From an uncultured Pelagibacteraceae bacterium (GTDB lineage Bacteria > Pseudomonadota > Alphaproteobacteria > Pelagibacterales > Pelagibacteraceae), in the NCBI GenBank assembly GCA_902554795.1, contig CACDQB010000001.1:9819-73818 (forward strand): a DNA stretch of 64,000 bases. Reading direction: 5' to 3'. Of the stretch, positions 20,381-30,593 are shown piece by piece (the stretch's first letter is position 1; each line of letters begins with the position of its first letter). The translations under genes were made by a program, and so were the position numbers. The notes beneath the pieces were generated by a model. It worked only from the letters and a program-made list of their open reading frames with translations, made no database searches and had not been told where the DNA came from.

Positions 20381-21454
20381 ATGAGAGTTTGTATTCTTGG
20401 CAGTGGTTTATCGAGCTTAGCTTTAGCTAAATCTTTGGTTAATCAAAAAATTTACGTAGATGTTTTGTTTTCAAAAAAATTTTATTCTGCAAATAAAACT
20501 CGTACAATAGGTATTTCTAAAAGTAATCTTCAATTTTTTAATGAAAAAATAATTAATATTGAAAAAATTGTTTATAAATTAAACCAAATTGAAATTTATA
20601 GTGATAATCTTAAAAAAGAAAAATTGATTAATTTTGGAAATAACCATGACCATTTATTTTCGATTGTTAAAAATTATAAGCTTAAAGAAATTATAGAAAA
20701 AAATCTATTTAGTAATAGGTATTTTAAAAAAATTAATCATAAAAAAAAAATAAATTACCTTAGCGATTATGATTTGATTTTTAATTCTGATTATAATCAC
20801 CCAATTACAAAAAAGTACTTTTCTAAAAAAATAGAAAAAAAATATAATAGCGTTGCTTATACTACGATTTTAAAACATGAAAAAATTTCTAACAATATTG
20901 CCGTACAGATATTTACACAAAATGGTCCTCTAGCTTTTTTACCTATTTCAGATTTTGAAACATCAATTGTCTACTCAATCAATAATCATTTGAAAGATAA
21001 GAATGTAATACATGATTTAATTAAAAATCATAATTTTAAATATAATCTAAAAAAAATAAATAAAATCGATTCTTTTGATCTAAAAGGATTGAGTTTGCGA
21101 TCTTATTTTCACAAAAATATCCTAGCATTCGGGGACTTAATTCATAGAGTTCATCCCCTAGCGGGACAAGGCTTTAATATGACAATTAGGGATATAAAAA
21201 TCTTAAATGAAATTATTCAAAATAAAATTGATCTTGGTTTGCCTTTAGACACAGCATTAAATGATGAATTTGAAAAAAATCAAAAGCATAGAAATTTTAT
21301 ATTTTCTTCAGGGATTGACTTAATTCATGAGTTTTTCAATTTAGAAAGAAAGAGTAACAATGATTTTTTAAGTAAATCGATTCAATATTTAAATAGAAAC
21401 TCCAATATAAAAAATTTTTTTACGACTATTGCTGATAAAGGTGTTTTATTTTAA
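20381..21454 (+). CDS. UbiH/UbiF/UbiL-family FAD-dependent hydroxylase (ubiquinone biosynthesis), divergent; ORF track starts at TTG 20342
   Basis: ILGSGLSS Rossmann start, GPLAFLP, FGDLIHRVHPLAGQGFNMTIRD. Confidence 0.8.
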   Translation: MRVCILGSGLSSLALAKSLVNQKIYVDVLFSKKFYSANKTRTIGISKSNLQFFNEKIINIEKIVYKLNQIEIYSDNLKKEKLINFGNNHDHLFSIVKNYKLKEIIEKNLFSNRYFKKINHKKKINYLSDYDLIFNSDYNHPITKKYFSKKIEKKYNSVAYTTILKHEKISNNIAVQIFTQNGPLAFLPISDFETSIVYSINNHLKDKNVIHDLIKNHNFKYNLKKINKIDSFDLKGLSLRSYFHKNILAFGDLIHRVHPLAGQGFNMTIRDIKILNEIIQNKIDLGLPLDTALNDEFEKNQKHRNFIFSSGIDLIHEFFNLERKSNNDFLSKSIQYLNRNSNIKNFFTTIADKGVLF

Positions 21455-21461
21455 TTTATTA

Positions 21462-22100
21462 TTATTGCAGTGTAGTATTTTCATAATCATCAAAAATATA
21501 TGTTTTAAGAATCTCTGCAATTTTGTTTTTTCTAACACCTAAGTTTTTAGCTTCAAGTAAAATCTGTTTTTCTTCAAGAGTAAAGGGTGACGCCATAGCC
21601 AAAGCGTTAATTGTCTCATTTAAACTCTGTTTTTCTAATGCTTTCCAATTAATAATAAAACCTTTTTTTTCAAATAAAGATTTTAAATCTTTAAAAATTA
21701 ACTCGAGATCAGAAAAATTCAATTTTTCTTTTTCATCTGTTAAATCATTGAAATAATTATTATAGTCAACTTCTACACTTCTATATTTTTTATCTGTATT
21801 TATTTCATTTACAATTTGAAATCTAATTTTTCCTTTTAATTCAATTAGATAACGATTGTCTTCTGTCTCTTTAAAACTAGTTATTTTTCCAAGACAACCA
21901 ACATCATGTAATTTAGGTATACCATTTTTATCAAAAGAATTTCTTGGCTGAATCATCCCAATCAATTTCTCAGATTTCATGCTATCGTTGACCATATCAA
22001 GGTATCGTGGTTCAAAGATATTTAAAGGTACTGTTGTATTAGGAAAAATTATGAAATTACTCAGTGGAAAAACTGGAACAATTTTTGGAAAATTTTTCAT
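21462..22100 (-). CDS. LON peptidase substrate-binding (N-terminal) domain protein
   Basis: VPVFPL, PLNIFEPRYLDMV, IGMIQP, VGCLGKI, EEKQILLEA; no ATPase or protease domain. Confidence 0.9.
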   Translation of the reverse strand: MKNFPKIVPVFPLSNFIIFPNTTVPLNIFEPRYLDMVNDSMKSEKLIGMIQPRNSFDKNGIPKLHDVGCLGKITSFKETEDNRYLIELKGKIRFQIVNEINTDKKYRSVEVDYNNYFNDLTDEKEKLNFSDLELIFKDLKSLFEKKGFIINWKALEKQSLNETINALAMASPFTLEEKQILLEAKNLGVRKNKIAEILKTYIFDDYENTTLQ

Positions 22101-22148
22101 AAAATTTTATTAACAATAAAAATATTATTAATCTATAATATAAATACA

Positions 22149-23009
22149 ATGATTTATTGGATCGCATCTTATCCAAAAAGTGGAAATACTTGGCTTAGAA
22201 TTCTTTTATCTTGCTATTATTATACAAAGGATGGGTTTTATGACGAAAATTCATTAAAAAATATTCAGCAGTTTCCTGAAAAAAGATATTTTAAACAATT
22301 TAATTATAATCAAAATATTATCGGTGATACGACAAAATATTGGATAAAAGCACAAGAAAAGATAAATGAGGATAAAAAATTGAGATTTTTTAAAACACAC
22401 AATGTTTTTGGTCTTGTAAATAATTCTCATTTTACAAATAAAGAAAATTCAATTGGATGTATTTATATAGTTAGAGATCCGAGAAATGTATTCACTTCAA
22501 TAAAAAACTTTTATGAGATGGAAAATGATCAAGCACTTAAATGGATGATTAACCAAAATCAATATATTTACGACATTCATAATTTTGACAAGGATGGTTA
22601 TAGTGATTTTCAATTTATAAGTTCTTGGGACAATAATTATAAATCATGGAAACTTCAAAAAAAAATACCAATTAAAATAATTAAATATGAAGATTTGCTT
22701 AATCAAACATTTACAGTATTTAAAGATGTTATAGAGTTTATAAATAAGTCAATAAATAGCACAGAACAGATAAATAAATCTAAAATCAAAAATGCAGTAA
22801 ATTCTACATTATTTTCTAAATTACAAAGCAAAGAAAAGAATGAGGGGTTTTCTGAGGCAATTTTATCAAAAAAAGGAGATAAAAAGATTCCTTTCTTCTT
22901 TATGGGGCCAGATAATGACTGGAAAAAAATTTTAGATAAAAATGTAAAAAATAAAATTATTGAAGCTTTTGAAAAAAACCTAAATGAGCTATCTTATAAT
23001 ATTGATTAG
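22149..23009 (+). CDS. Sulfotransferase, paralogue 3
   Basis: WIASYPKSGNTW, KTH, IVRDPRNVFTS, IKYEDL. Confidence 0.88.
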   Translation: MIYWIASYPKSGNTWLRILLSCYYYTKDGFYDENSLKNIQQFPEKRYFKQFNYNQNIIGDTTKYWIKAQEKINEDKKLRFFKTHNVFGLVNNSHFTNKENSIGCIYIVRDPRNVFTSIKNFYEMENDQALKWMINQNQYIYDIHNFDKDGYSDFQFISSWDNNYKSWKLQKKIPIKIIKYEDLLNQTFTVFKDVIEFINKSINSTEQINKSKIKNAVNSTLFSKLQSKEKNEGFSEAILSKKGDKKIPFFFMGPDNDWKKILDKNVKNKIIEAFEKNLNELSYNID

Positions 23010-23063
23010 TCATTTTATTCTTGCTTAATCTTATAAAAATAACTAATTTTATCACAATAATAA

Positions 23064-23138
23064 GCGGGCATAGCTCAGTGGTAGAGCGTCTCGTTGCCAA
23101 CGAGAAGGTCGAGGGTTCGACCCCCTTTGCCCGCTCCA
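23064..23138 (+). tRNA. tRNA-Gly (GCC)
   Basis: GCGGGCA acceptor stem, D arm GCTC-AGTGGTA-GAGC, anticodon stem TCTCG/CGAGA with loop TTGCCAA, T arm GAGGG-TTCGACC-CCCTT, encoded CCA end. Confidence 0.97.
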
Positions 23139-23147
23139 AAAAATATT

Positions 23148-23492
23148 ATGAGTGATTTAGCAAATAAAAAGTGTATTCCTTGTGAAGGCAATATTCCTCC
23201 ATTTAATTCTGAGGAAATACACAAATATTTAAAAAAAGTTGATGGTTGGGAAGTACAAGAAGATAAAATTGATGGTTTTCACCTAATAAAAAATTTTAAA
23301 TTTGATAATTTTTTGAAAAGCCAGGAATTTGTAAATAAAGTTGGAGAGATAGCTGAAGCTGAGGGCCATCACCCTGACCTATGGTTTGGATGGGGTTATG
23401 CAAGAATTAAAATATTCACACATGCAATTAAGGGTCTAGCAGAGAGTGATTTTATTCTCGCTGCAAAAATAGATCAAATATCTAATGTCTAA
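23148..23492 (+). CDS. phhB: Pterin-4-alpha-carbinolamine dehydratase (ATG 23148; the longer ORF reads through the tRNA)
   Basis: CIPCEG N-terminus, AEAEGHHPDL, THAIKGLAESDFILAAKID. Confidence 0.92.
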   Translation: MSDLANKKCIPCEGNIPPFNSEEIHKYLKKVDGWEVQEDKIDGFHLIKNFKFDNFLKSQEFVNKVGEIAEAEGHHPDLWFGWGYARIKIFTHAIKGLAESDFILAAKIDQISNV

Positions 23493-25020
23493 AGTGTCTT
23501 GTCTTTGAAAAAAGAAGAACAGTGTCTGTTTCATTTGCAAATTTAATTATCTCTTTATCTCTAATTGATCCAAAGGGCTGAACTACTGCTCTAACACCTG
23601 CTTGGACTAATTTTTCAATACCATCTACAAAAGGAAAGAATGCATCTGAGGCAGCAACTAAATTATCATTCTGGAGATTAAATTTTTTCATTTTATTTAT
23701 TGCTATTTGACAACTATCTAATCTACTTGGTTGACCAGAACCAATACCAACAGTGGTCTCATTTGATGCTAACACTATTGCGTTTGATTTAACATATCTG
23801 CAAACATTGAAAGCAAAAATAAGATCTTTAAATTGTTTTGTTGTTGGTTTTCTTTTTGAGACGATTTTAAAATTTTTTTTTGAAAATAGATTTAAGTCCT
23901 CTGATTGTATCATTATATCTTGGTTGAATGATACAAATTTAAGAAGTTCTTTTGATGTATAATTTGTTCCATCAATTAATCTTAAGTTTTTTTTAGCTTT
24001 TAATATTTTGATAGCACCGCTTTCAAATCCATTTGCAATAATTACCTCTAAAAATAATTTATTTAATTCTAGAGCTAAATTTTTAGTAATTTTAAAATTA
24101 CAAGAAACTATTCCACCAAAAGCACTTACGGGATCACAAGAAAGAGCGGATTTATAACTCTCTAAATGATCATTTTTAGTAGAAACTCCACATGGATTTG
24201 CATGTTTAACTATGACTGTTCCTTTGTCCTTTGGTAAAGATCTTGAAATAGTTAGAGCACTAAATATGTCATTATAATTGTTGTAACTTAGTTGCTTTCC
24301 ATGAATTTGTTTCAAATTCCTATTTGAAATGCTTGAATAAATTGCACTTTGTTGATGAGGATTTTCTCCATATCTAAGTTGTTCAATTAGATTCCCATGA
24401 AACATTTTTTTCCTAGGGAAAATTGTATTTGTTTTTTTGTTAAAATAATTTGAAATTACAGAGTCATAATAAGCCGTTTCAGTAAACGCTATTCTTGATA
24501 GTTTTTCCCTAAAATTTAAAGAAGTAGATCCCTTGAATATTTTTAGTTCATGTATTAATTCCGTGTACTGATCTGGAGAAGTTATTACAGCTACATCATT
24601 ATAGTTTTTTGCTGCAGATCTAACCATAGTAGGGCCACCTACATCTATATTTTCTATAATTTTTTGATGATTATCTGTTTTTTTAAGTGTGTTCTCAAAT
24701 GGATAAAAATTAACTATGACTAAATCAATATTCTCAAAATTATTATCTTTAAGATCTTTTAAGTGAGATTTTTTTTCTCTTTTATTTAAAATCCCTGCAT
24801 GGATTTTTGGATGAAGAGTTTTTACTCTACCCTCCAAAATCTCAGGGGAATTAGTAAAATTAGATACTTCTAAACAGTTAAATTTTAATCTTTTAATTTC
24901 TTTATAAGTACCACCTGAGCTAATTATTTTAATTTTGTTCTTTTTTAAAATATTAAGCAATGGTTTTAAGTTATTTTTGTCAGATACAGAGATGAGAGCT
25001 GTTTTGATTTTTTTCTTCAT
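23482..25020 (-). CDS. purH: Bifunctional AICAR transformylase/IMP cyclohydrolase
   Basis: ALISVSDK, GRVKTLHP, ENIDVGGP, LRYGENPHQ, KHANPCG, ASDAFFPF, RHFRH. Confidence 0.98.
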   Translation of the reverse strand: MKKKIKTALISVSDKNNLKPLLNILKKNKIKIISSGGTYKEIKRLKFNCLEVSNFTNSPEILEGRVKTLHPKIHAGILNKREKKSHLKDLKDNNFENIDLVIVNFYPFENTLKKTDNHQKIIENIDVGGPTMVRSAAKNYNDVAVITSPDQYTELIHELKIFKGSTSLNFREKLSRIAFTETAYYDSVISNYFNKKTNTIFPRKKMFHGNLIEQLRYGENPHQQSAIYSSISNRNLKQIHGKQLSYNNYNDIFSALTISRSLPKDKGTVIVKHANPCGVSTKNDHLESYKSALSCDPVSAFGGIVSCNFKITKNLALELNKLFLEVIIANGFESGAIKILKAKKNLRLIDGTNYTSKELLKFVSFNQDIMIQSEDLNLFSKKNFKIVSKRKPTTKQFKDLIFAFNVCRYVKSNAIVLASNETTVGIGSGQPSRLDSCQIAINKMKKFNLQNDNLVAASDAFFPFVDGIEKLVQAGVRAVVQPFGSIRDKEIIKFANETDTVLLFSKTRHFRH

Positions 25021-26645
25021 TATAATTTATTTATTTCCCACTTTATTATCTGTTCTTTTTCATTATTCATACCTGAGATAAAAATATTTTGGTTTTCTTT
25101 ATATGAATTTTTATTACCGAAATATAAACCATTATCAATATTAATATCAAAGTTATCGCAACTAAATTTCCAACCTTCCTCATCTAATTCAACTAGTATT
25201 GATTTGTTATCTTGTGTTTTCATTACCTTTGAGTTTGGATGAAGATGAAATCTAATATCAAATTTAATTTCTTTCCTTGGATTTTTTCTAAATAACTTAT
25301 CATAGCCAATAAATTTCATTTGTTCTGGGTAGAACTCAATTTCTCTCTCATGAATGGCTCCAAATTTAATTAAATATCCATCATGTGTACCTGATATTTT
25401 CCAATAATTATTTTCAAAAACTACATTTTTTTTTGATACTTTCAGTCCTTTATCAATAATAAAATTTTTTTGACTCTTAATAAAATTACAGGAGGAGTAA
25501 TCCTCAATGCTTAAAGCACAATGTAAAGCTGTGCTTTTTGATAATTTACTAAATTTATTACTTTTGTCTGGATAGTAACCAGCATTAGAAATTAATTTTT
25601 TATCATTAGAAAATATTTCAAATGATAAAGCTCCTGCTTGATAGTCGTTAGAAAATATTTTGTTAGGGCTAGATCCAATATCAGCAACAAGAATTATTTT
25701 TTTATTTTTTAGTATTGCATAACCGCCTAGTTCATTAATTTGATTTTTAAAAGTGTAACCAAACCTTTTCAAGTATTGATCAAATTCGTTATTATCAGAA
25801 GAATAGTTACCATTAAAAAAAATATCTTGTTTAACATTTTGCCAAATGAAAGCGTAACTTGAGCCTAAATAGTAGATAGTTTCATCAATATATTCAGGGA
25901 TCAAACTCTGAGACTCTTTAAACCACTCTCTAATTATTATAAAATATTTTAAATAAAATATTAATTGTCTGATATTTCTTGATTTTGTAAAACCCTGATT
26001 ATCAATTGAGGATTTAATTATATTTTTTAATAAATTTAATCCGTAAGTAAGATATTGTCTTTCATTCTTATAAGCTAAACCAGTCAAAATTATTGCAGCA
26101 CACCCAATCATCTTATTTTCTACTTCTTTTGGATTTTTTACTTCATTTAATAAATGATTAGTTTGCTTTTGTATCATGTGATCAAAAGTAGATCTGTATT
26201 CTTGATCACTATCTTCATACGTTAGTTGATGATTTGATAACCATGAAATAATTCTTTTTGCTGTTAAATCAAATTCCCAACTCCTTTTTTGATATTTAGT
26301 GTTATTTGAAATCCAATTTTTTATAATTGTTTGTGTAGTTTTTTTAGAGGATTTTAAATCTAAACTAAAAAACCAAAAAAAATTATTTAATTTTTCGTAA
26401 TCTTTAGAGCTTAATTTTTTTTGCCAAATTGACTCGATAGCAAAGTCTTCAATTTTATATTTTTTATTTTGGTATTTTATTATAGACGAAAGTAAATGAG
26501 GACTTGGTTTATATTCAAAACTACTATTAAAAGTTTTTGATATTTTTTTTTCGTAAAAATTTGAGTTTTGATAAATTGATTTAAAACTTTCTTTTATATT
26601 AAAATAAAATTGACCTAAAATGCCTAAGGAATTTGTATTAATCAT
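25020..26645 (-). CDS. Heparinase II/III-like family protein
   Basis: AKRIISWL, FFNG, AGALSFE, STALH, HDGY, HEREI, IRFHLHP; the conserved alphaproteobacterial neighbour of purH. Confidence 0.75.
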   Translation of the reverse strand: MINTNSLGILGQFYFNIKESFKSIYQNSNFYEKKISKTFNSSFEYKPSPHLLSSIIKYQNKKYKIEDFAIESIWQKKLSSKDYEKLNNFFWFFSLDLKSSKKTTQTIIKNWISNNTKYQKRSWEFDLTAKRIISWLSNHQLTYEDSDQEYRSTFDHMIQKQTNHLLNEVKNPKEVENKMIGCAAIILTGLAYKNERQYLTYGLNLLKNIIKSSIDNQGFTKSRNIRQLIFYLKYFIIIREWFKESQSLIPEYIDETIYYLGSSYAFIWQNVKQDIFFNGNYSSDNNEFDQYLKRFGYTFKNQINELGGYAILKNKKIILVADIGSSPNKIFSNDYQAGALSFEIFSNDKKLISNAGYYPDKSNKFSKLSKSTALHCALSIEDYSSCNFIKSQKNFIIDKGLKVSKKNVVFENNYWKISGTHDGYLIKFGAIHEREIEFYPEQMKFIGYDKLFRKNPRKEIKFDIRFHLHPNSKVMKTQDNKSILVELDEEGWKFSCDNFDINIDNGLYFGNKNSYKENQNIFISGMNNEKEQIIKWEINKL

Positions 26646-26649
26646 TAAC

Positions 26650-27309
26650 TTATTTTAATTTTAATAAATTAATATTTTTCTTTATATCTCCATCATTACT
26701 TTTGAATACTGTAGTACCAGAAACAAGAATGTTTGCACCAGCATCAATTGCACTTTTGCAATTATCAAAATTGATCCCACCATCAATTTCTATGTCAAAA
26801 GCCATCTTTTTTTGTTCTTTTATTTTTTTTAGTTCTTTAATTTTATCTAAAACTTCTGGCATAAATTTTTGACCTCCAAATCCAGGATTAACACTCATAA
26901 TTAAAACTAAATCAATTTGATCTAATAGATCTAATATTAAATCAATTTTAGATTCAGGATTAAGTGAAACTCCAACTTTCTTATTTTTTTCTTTTATCTT
27001 TTTGATTGAATTTTTTAAATTATCAGTTGCTTCGGGATGGATAGTAATTATATCTGCTCCTGCATCAGCGTAAGCATCTATGTATTTATGCACTGGTGAT
27101 ATCATCAAATGAACATCAAATTTTAATGAACACTGTTTTCGAAGAGCTTTAATTACAGGTGGTCCTATTGTTAAATTAGGAACAAAATGACCATCCATTA
27201 CATCCACATGAATCATATCAGCTCCACCTTCTTCGAGTCTTTTAATTTCTGAACCTAATTGACTAAAGTCAGCTGATAAAATTGATGGTGAAATTTGTAT
27301 ATTTTTCAT
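26650..27309 (-). CDS. rpe: Ribulose-phosphate 3-epimerase
   Basis: SPSILSADF, HVDVMDGHFVPN, DVHLM, MSVNPGFGGQ, EIDGG. Confidence 0.98.
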   Translation of the reverse strand: MKNIQISPSILSADFSQLGSEIKRLEEGGADMIHVDVMDGHFVPNLTIGPPVIKALRKQCSLKFDVHLMISPVHKYIDAYADAGADIITIHPEATDNLKNSIKKIKEKNKKVGVSLNPESKIDLILDLLDQIDLVLIMSVNPGFGGQKFMPEVLDKIKELKKIKEQKKMAFDIEIDGGINFDNCKSAIDAGANILVSGTTVFKSNDGDIKKNINLLKLK

Positions 27310-27343
27310 TGATTGCTAGATTAACTAGTATCAATTTTAAAAA

Positions 27344-27694
27344 TTAAAATGAATTAAAAAATTGATAAATTTGTCTAGAAATTTCACTCTCCAAAGGAAA
27401 TGACAACATTCCCATCACTGAATACCCCAAGATCCAAGGCATTAGATAAAATCTAATCATGTAGAAAAACCAAGCAACATATAAAGGCACTAATGGCCCA
27501 ATAATAAAAGAAGGTGTGATTGGTTTAAATAATTTTATTAGAGGATTAGTATATTTCACAAATACTCTCATAAAAAAAAATTGAGAGTCTTCCTTTTGAA
27601 AAATGTTCATGGCTACTCTTCCAATTAAAGTCCACATGATAATTCCAAGCAAATAATCAATAAAATATATTAAAGGATGAAAATTTGCCGACAT
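27344..27694 (-). CDS. Small membrane protein, YggT-like
   Basis: Hydrophobic helices with WTLIGR...TNPLIKLFKPITP, resembling the YGGT pattern. Confidence 0.55.
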   Translation of the reverse strand: MSANFHPLIYFIDYLLGIIMWTLIGRVAMNIFQKEDSQFFFMRVFVKYTNPLIKLFKPITPSFIIGPLVPLYVAWFFYMIRFYLMPWILGYSVMGMLSFPLESEISRQIYQFFNSF

Positions 27695-27720
27695 TCAAAA
27701 TTTATATTGGAAAACGTATT

Positions 27721-27752
27721 GAAATAAAAGGGGCGAAATTAATCGCCCCTTT
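27721..27752 (-). terminator. Intrinsic terminator of the DUF4212-symporter operon
   Basis: 10-bp stem AAAGGGGCGA/TCGCCCCTTT (27727-27752) with a 6-nt loop, followed on the minus strand by a T-rich tail; starts 10 nt after the symporter stop. Confidence 0.88.
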
Positions 27753-27762
27753 AAAAGATTAT

Positions 27763-29574
27763 TTAGTGTGATTTACCAAGAATTGTTTTACCACTCGGTA
27801 CACGCACGTCATCAACCATTTTTTGAGTAGCTTTATCTGGTTCTGCAGTCATTAAACTAACTACTACCATTAAAACTAAACTAACAGCTGATCCGAAGAT
27901 ACCAAATGTTAACTGTGTAATTCCTAGGAATCCACTTCCACCAGTTCGTACCCAAATTAAGTACCAAGCACCGGCGATTAGACCACCTAGCATACCAGCA
28001 ACCGCACCTTGTCTATTAGCTCTCTTCCACCATACACCAAGTACAAGTGGGAAGAACAATCCAGACATCGCAAAATCAAAAGCCCAGATAACCGAACCTA
28101 AGATTCCTTGTATCTCCATTGCTGCAATAGTTGCTCCAGCAAAACCAATTACTACAAGTAATACCCTTGCAACAAGTAGTCTTTTTGCAGTTTCCGCTTT
28201 TGGATCAATGATCTTATAGTAAACATCATGTGATATAGCGTTTGCAATCGCTAGAATCAAACCATCGGCAGTAGACATGGCAGCTGCCATACCTCCTGCA
28301 GCAACTAGACCTGAAATTACATATGGTAATCCAGCTATCTCTGGTGTTGCTAATACAACGGCTTTACCACCCATGAAGAACTCATTTAATTCAAGAGTTC
28401 CATTTCCGTTAAAGTCGCTGATAAACATTAGGTTTGCTTGGTTCCAGTTTTGGTACCAATCTATCGCTTCCACTTCTGCAAATGTCTTACCGATAATACC
28501 AGTTGGTAAATTCGGGTCGATCAATGATAACTTAGATAATGTAGCTAACATTGGAGCAGAAGAATAAAGTAGGAAGATAAAGAATAATGACCAACCTACT
28601 GATTTTCTAGCTGCTTTTACACTTGGAGTAGTAAAGTATCTCATCATCACGTGAGGCAATGACGCTGTTCCCATCATCATCGCTAATGCTAATGAAATAA
28701 ATGCCCAAGGTGTAGCGTTCACTGCAGAGTGAGCTTTAGTTATTCCTGCTAAGCCTTTAGGTACTGATTTTAGATCAGCAGCCGCGTTTTTAACAAAACC
28801 GAACTGTTGTTCTAATTCACCAATTCTAGCTACCTCGTCAGCTAACATAAAATGAGGGAAGAAACCTGCACCCATTTTGTTACTGATCCAGAATACTGGA
28901 AGTAGGTAAGCTATAATTAGTACAATGTATTGTGCAACCTGTGTCCAAGTTACCCCTCTCATACCACCTAACATTGAACATAATAAAATACTTATTAGTC
29001 CAACATAAACTGCGTATTGGAATGGGATATCAAGTGCAACAGATGCAATAGTACCCGTAGCGTTAATTTGTGCAGTTACATAAGTAAATGAAGCAACAGT
29101 TAAAACTACAACTGCGCTAAATCTAGCTAAATTACCACCGTATCTAGTACCTATAAAATCTGGAACTGTATAACAGCCAAATTTTCTTAAGTATGGTGCT
29201 AATAAAGATGCAACAAGCACGTAACCACCAGTCCAACCTACAAGTAGAGCCATATAGCCGTAACCTTTAAAGTAAATACCACCCGCCATTGCAACGAATG
29301 AAGCACCAGACATCCAGTCTGCTGCAGTCGCCATTCCGTTGAAGACTGTTGGTACTTGCCTACCAGCTACGTAATATGCATCTGCTTGGGCTGTTCTTGA
29401 TAGCCAACCGATTAATGCATAGATGAATACAGTAAATGCAACGAAAGCGATACCAATCGCTTTAGCTGTCATACCCATCTGTTCAGCAATTGCCATGATG
29501 ATTATGAAACCTATAAATCCTCCTGTATAGATTCCATAAACCTTAGGCAAATTATCTATGAAATTACCTTTCAT
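27763..29574 (-). CDS. actP: Sodium:solute symporter, ActP/VC_2705 subfamily (probable acetate/monocarboxylate uptake)
   Basis: YYVAGR, NGMATAADWMSGASF, YTVPDFIGTRY, GGMRGVTWTQ, GTASLPH, AAAMSTADG; paired with DUF4212 and near acs. Visibly higher GC and its own terminator suggest high expression. Confidence 0.85.
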   Translation of the reverse strand: MKGNFIDNLPKVYGIYTGGFIGFIIIMAIAEQMGMTAKAIGIAFVAFTVFIYALIGWLSRTAQADAYYVAGRQVPTVFNGMATAADWMSGASFVAMAGGIYFKGYGYMALLVGWTGGYVLVASLLAPYLRKFGCYTVPDFIGTRYGGNLARFSAVVVLTVASFTYVTAQINATGTIASVALDIPFQYAVYVGLISILLCSMLGGMRGVTWTQVAQYIVLIIAYLLPVFWISNKMGAGFFPHFMLADEVARIGELEQQFGFVKNAAADLKSVPKGLAGITKAHSAVNATPWAFISLALAMMMGTASLPHVMMRYFTTPSVKAARKSVGWSLFFIFLLYSSAPMLATLSKLSLIDPNLPTGIIGKTFAEVEAIDWYQNWNQANLMFISDFNGNGTLELNEFFMGGKAVVLATPEIAGLPYVISGLVAAGGMAAAMSTADGLILAIANAISHDVYYKIIDPKAETAKRLLVARVLLVVIGFAGATIAAMEIQGILGSVIWAFDFAMSGLFFPLVLGVWWKRANRQGAVAGMLGGLIAGAWYLIWVRTGGSGFLGITQLTFGIFGSAVSLVLMVVVSLMTAEPDKATQKMVDDVRVPSGKTILGKSH

Positions 29575-29834
29575 TATTCGTCCTCTCTTTCGCTAAAGCC
29601 GAACTCTTCATCGATTTTTTCTTGTCTGTTCGCAAACCAGAAAATTAGGATTACGAAAGCACCAAGAGATCCCTGACATGTAAACCAATATGTCCACGGA
29701 TAACCGAAAGGTCCTGTGACCTCGTTCATTTCAGCTCCAAAGAGAAAGATGCCAATTGAGAAAACAAACCAGATTGCTAATGTTATAAATAACAATCCCC
29801 TGGTTTTTTCCCAGTGTTTTTGTTGATTTGACAT
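29574..29834 (-). CDS. DUF4212 small membrane subunit of the symporter
   Basis: HWEKT...LAIWFVFS...GYPWTYWFTCQGS...FVILIF...KIDEEFG; stop/start overlap with the symporter; AGAGGT SD-like site upstream. Confidence 0.85.
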   Translation of the reverse strand: MSNQQKHWEKTRGLLFITLAIWFVFSIGIFLFGAEMNEVTGPFGYPWTYWFTCQGSLGAFVILIFWFANRQEKIDEEFGFSEREDE

Positions 29835-29969
29835 TTATACCTCTCTTTTTAGTTATAACTGGGTAAAACCATAACCATTATGAGAGCTTTGAAAACCCTA
29901 AAAATTGATCATATTAGGTACTTATTTACTTACTTTTTTAAGATATAATTGGCGCACTTACAAATTAAC

Positions 29970-30593
29970 ATGGGAAAATATAAATTAACTTGGAGAGACG
30001 TAAAACTTGAGGATTTTAAAACATATTTATTCGCCATGTTTAAGGCGTTTATTCCAAAGAAAAAAATAAAAACTTTAGATGAATTAGAGCAGTTTATTCA
30101 AACCAAATCTGCATGGGCCACTCAAGTTACTTTATATAATTATCTAAAAACTAGAATGGGAACAAGATATGTTCTACATTTCGATAATGATGAATTCATG
30201 TCATCAGTAAATCTTGCTAAATGGAATATTTATTCAGTTGCATTACAAGATTTAACTTTTTTTACTTTTTCATATTTGAAAGTTAATTTCAATTATCAGG
30301 ATATTCATAAAGCAAATGAGATTTTTAATAAAATTTTAGATGATGAAATTTCTAATAAGATGCCATTAAATATTATTGATGAAGCCAGAAAAAGTTTTGA
30401 TGAACGATTAGAGAAAATAAATTGGGATGGTTATTATCAAGACTTACCCTTTAATCCTAGTGCACTCTCTTTATATAAATGGGCTCCAATTGCAGATGAA
30501 TTAAAAACTTTAGATCGAAAGATTGTTTTAAATTCGATGATTTTAAAATGGGATGTTGTTAAACAAGAATTTAAAGATTTGATACAGTTCTAA
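29970..30593 (+). CDS. Conserved hypothetical protein (ORF track starts at TTG 29949)
   Basis: Long ORF filling the gap, with a conserved-looking core [16 protein letters not shown]; no function recognised. Confidence 0.65.
   Translation: MGKYKLTWRDVKLEDFKTYLFAMFKAFIPKKKIKTLDELEQFIQTKSAWATQVTLYNYLKTRMGTRYVLHFDNDEFMSSVNLAKWNIYSVALQDLTFFTFSYLKVNFNYQDIHKANEIFNKILDDEISNKMPLNIIDEARKSFDERLEKINWDGYYQDLPFNPSALSLYKWAPIADELKTLDRKIVLNSMILKWDVVKQEFKDLIQF

Noticed and set aside
22957-23139. 60-aa minus-strand ORF, and the N-terminal extension of the 23094 ORF
   Set aside because: Both read through tRNA-Gly; the dehydratase starts at ATG 23148.
23064-23200. tRNA-Gly as an integration site for an island or prophage
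   Set aside because: No integrase and no duplicated tRNA 3' end seen; downstream genes (phhB, purH) are core.
25020-26645. Heparinase II/III-like gene as partner of the sulfotransferases in a sulfated-glycan system
   Set aside because: It is a conserved purH neighbour across alphaproteobacteria, has no signal peptide and is not adjacent to the sulfotransferases; no evidence of a link.
27763-29834. Higher-GC stretch as a horizontally acquired segment
   Set aside because: Explained by a Gly/Ala-rich membrane protein and high-expression codon use; no mobility signatures.
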